From: Lingula anatina
Lineage: Eukaryota; Animalia; Brachiopoda
Direction of reading: 5' to 3'
DNA: 64,000 bases
NCBI GenBank assembly: GCA_051362555.1
Contig: CM120643.1
Coordinates: 26,726,848-26,790,847, forward strand
Within the stretch, counting starts at the first letter, position 1. Each line of letters starts with the position of its first letter. A model generated the notes under the pieces. That model saw nothing but the letters and a program-made list of their open reading frames with translations. It did not search any database and was not told the DNA's origin. Made by a program: the position numbers and the translations under genes. This document shows, in pieces, positions 63,533 to 64,000 of the stretch.

Positions 63533-64000
63533 TTAGCATTTTAAAGAATGTAATTTTTTCAAGTATTGGAATACTTTCACTTTCCCATTCCTTTGAGCCA
63601 CAACCAGGTCTCCATCCTTGTTAATGGTACATCCCCATGGGTATTCTAGTCCATCAGCTTCAGTTGCTATGTACTGGATAAACTTCCCATCTGGGGATAC
63701 AAGGTGCATGCAGTGGTTATCAACATCTGTAACCAGTATGTTGTCATATGCATCAACACAGACACCATGGGGTCGACCTAACTTGTTATCAGGTCCTGTG
63801 TACTGATACAGTGGGTCACCAGATGGGGTTAGGATGTGAAGTTTGTTTGGTGTTTCATCACTAACAACAAGGCACCCATTGCTCATATATGCTACTTTAT
63901 ATGGTGAATTGAACAACTGCTCCCCATTTTTGTCCTTTATCACACCAGTTAAAGTTATTTGCCCTTTGATATCAAAACTGAACACACTCACAGACTTTTC
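63533..64000 (-). CDS. C-terminal NHL-repeat beta-propeller (TRIM2/3/71-like) of a gene nested antisense in a MARCHF6 intron; 5' part outside the window
   Basis: Open frame from the window edge to the stop at 63533, with NHL repeats PYKVAY..LVVSD, PHGVCVDAYDNILVTD and PWGCTINKDGDLVVA..KVKVFQYL. Confidence 0.85.
   Translation of the reverse strand, partial: EKSVSVFSFDIKGQITLTGVIKDKNGEQLFNSPYKVAYMSNGCLVVSDETPNKLHILTPSGDPLYQYTGPDNKLGRPHGVCVDAYDNILVTDVDNHCMHLVSPDGKFIQYIATEADGLEYPWGCTINKDGDLVVAQRNGKVKVFQYLKKLHSLKC

Overview
Intron-rich, AT-rich animal genomic DNA (invertebrate; lineage cannot be fixed from sequence alone). Three conserved housekeeping genes are present: DHX35 (minus, about 25 exons, CDS 4655-14725), WDR88 (minus, CDS 46531-55091) and MARCHF6 (plus, from 55382, running off the window). 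WDR88 and MARCHF6 are head-to-head, and an antisense NHL-repeat gene is nested in a MARCHF6 intron. Two things stand out. (1) An intronless, CpG-rich ORF at 1940-3037 encodes a bacterial-type DUF3472 protein, a candidate horizontal acquisition. (2) Between DHX35 and WDR88 lies a cluster of four paralogous spliced genes plus one deleted remnant, which the ORF track shows only as fragments. All four share the same non-coding 5' exon cassette and begin with an MGC lipidation motif. Three encode short disordered proteins (64, 75 and 207 aa). The inverted fourth adds 10-aa repeats, a TRADD-N-like domain and a Trp-rich module. The region also carries many non-autonomous DNA transposons (Kolobok-, Harbinger-, Tc1/pogo- and Helentron-type), a decayed Rex1/Babar-type LINE, satellites and several local exon-fragment duplications. 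All exon models were read by eye and need RNA-seq confirmation.
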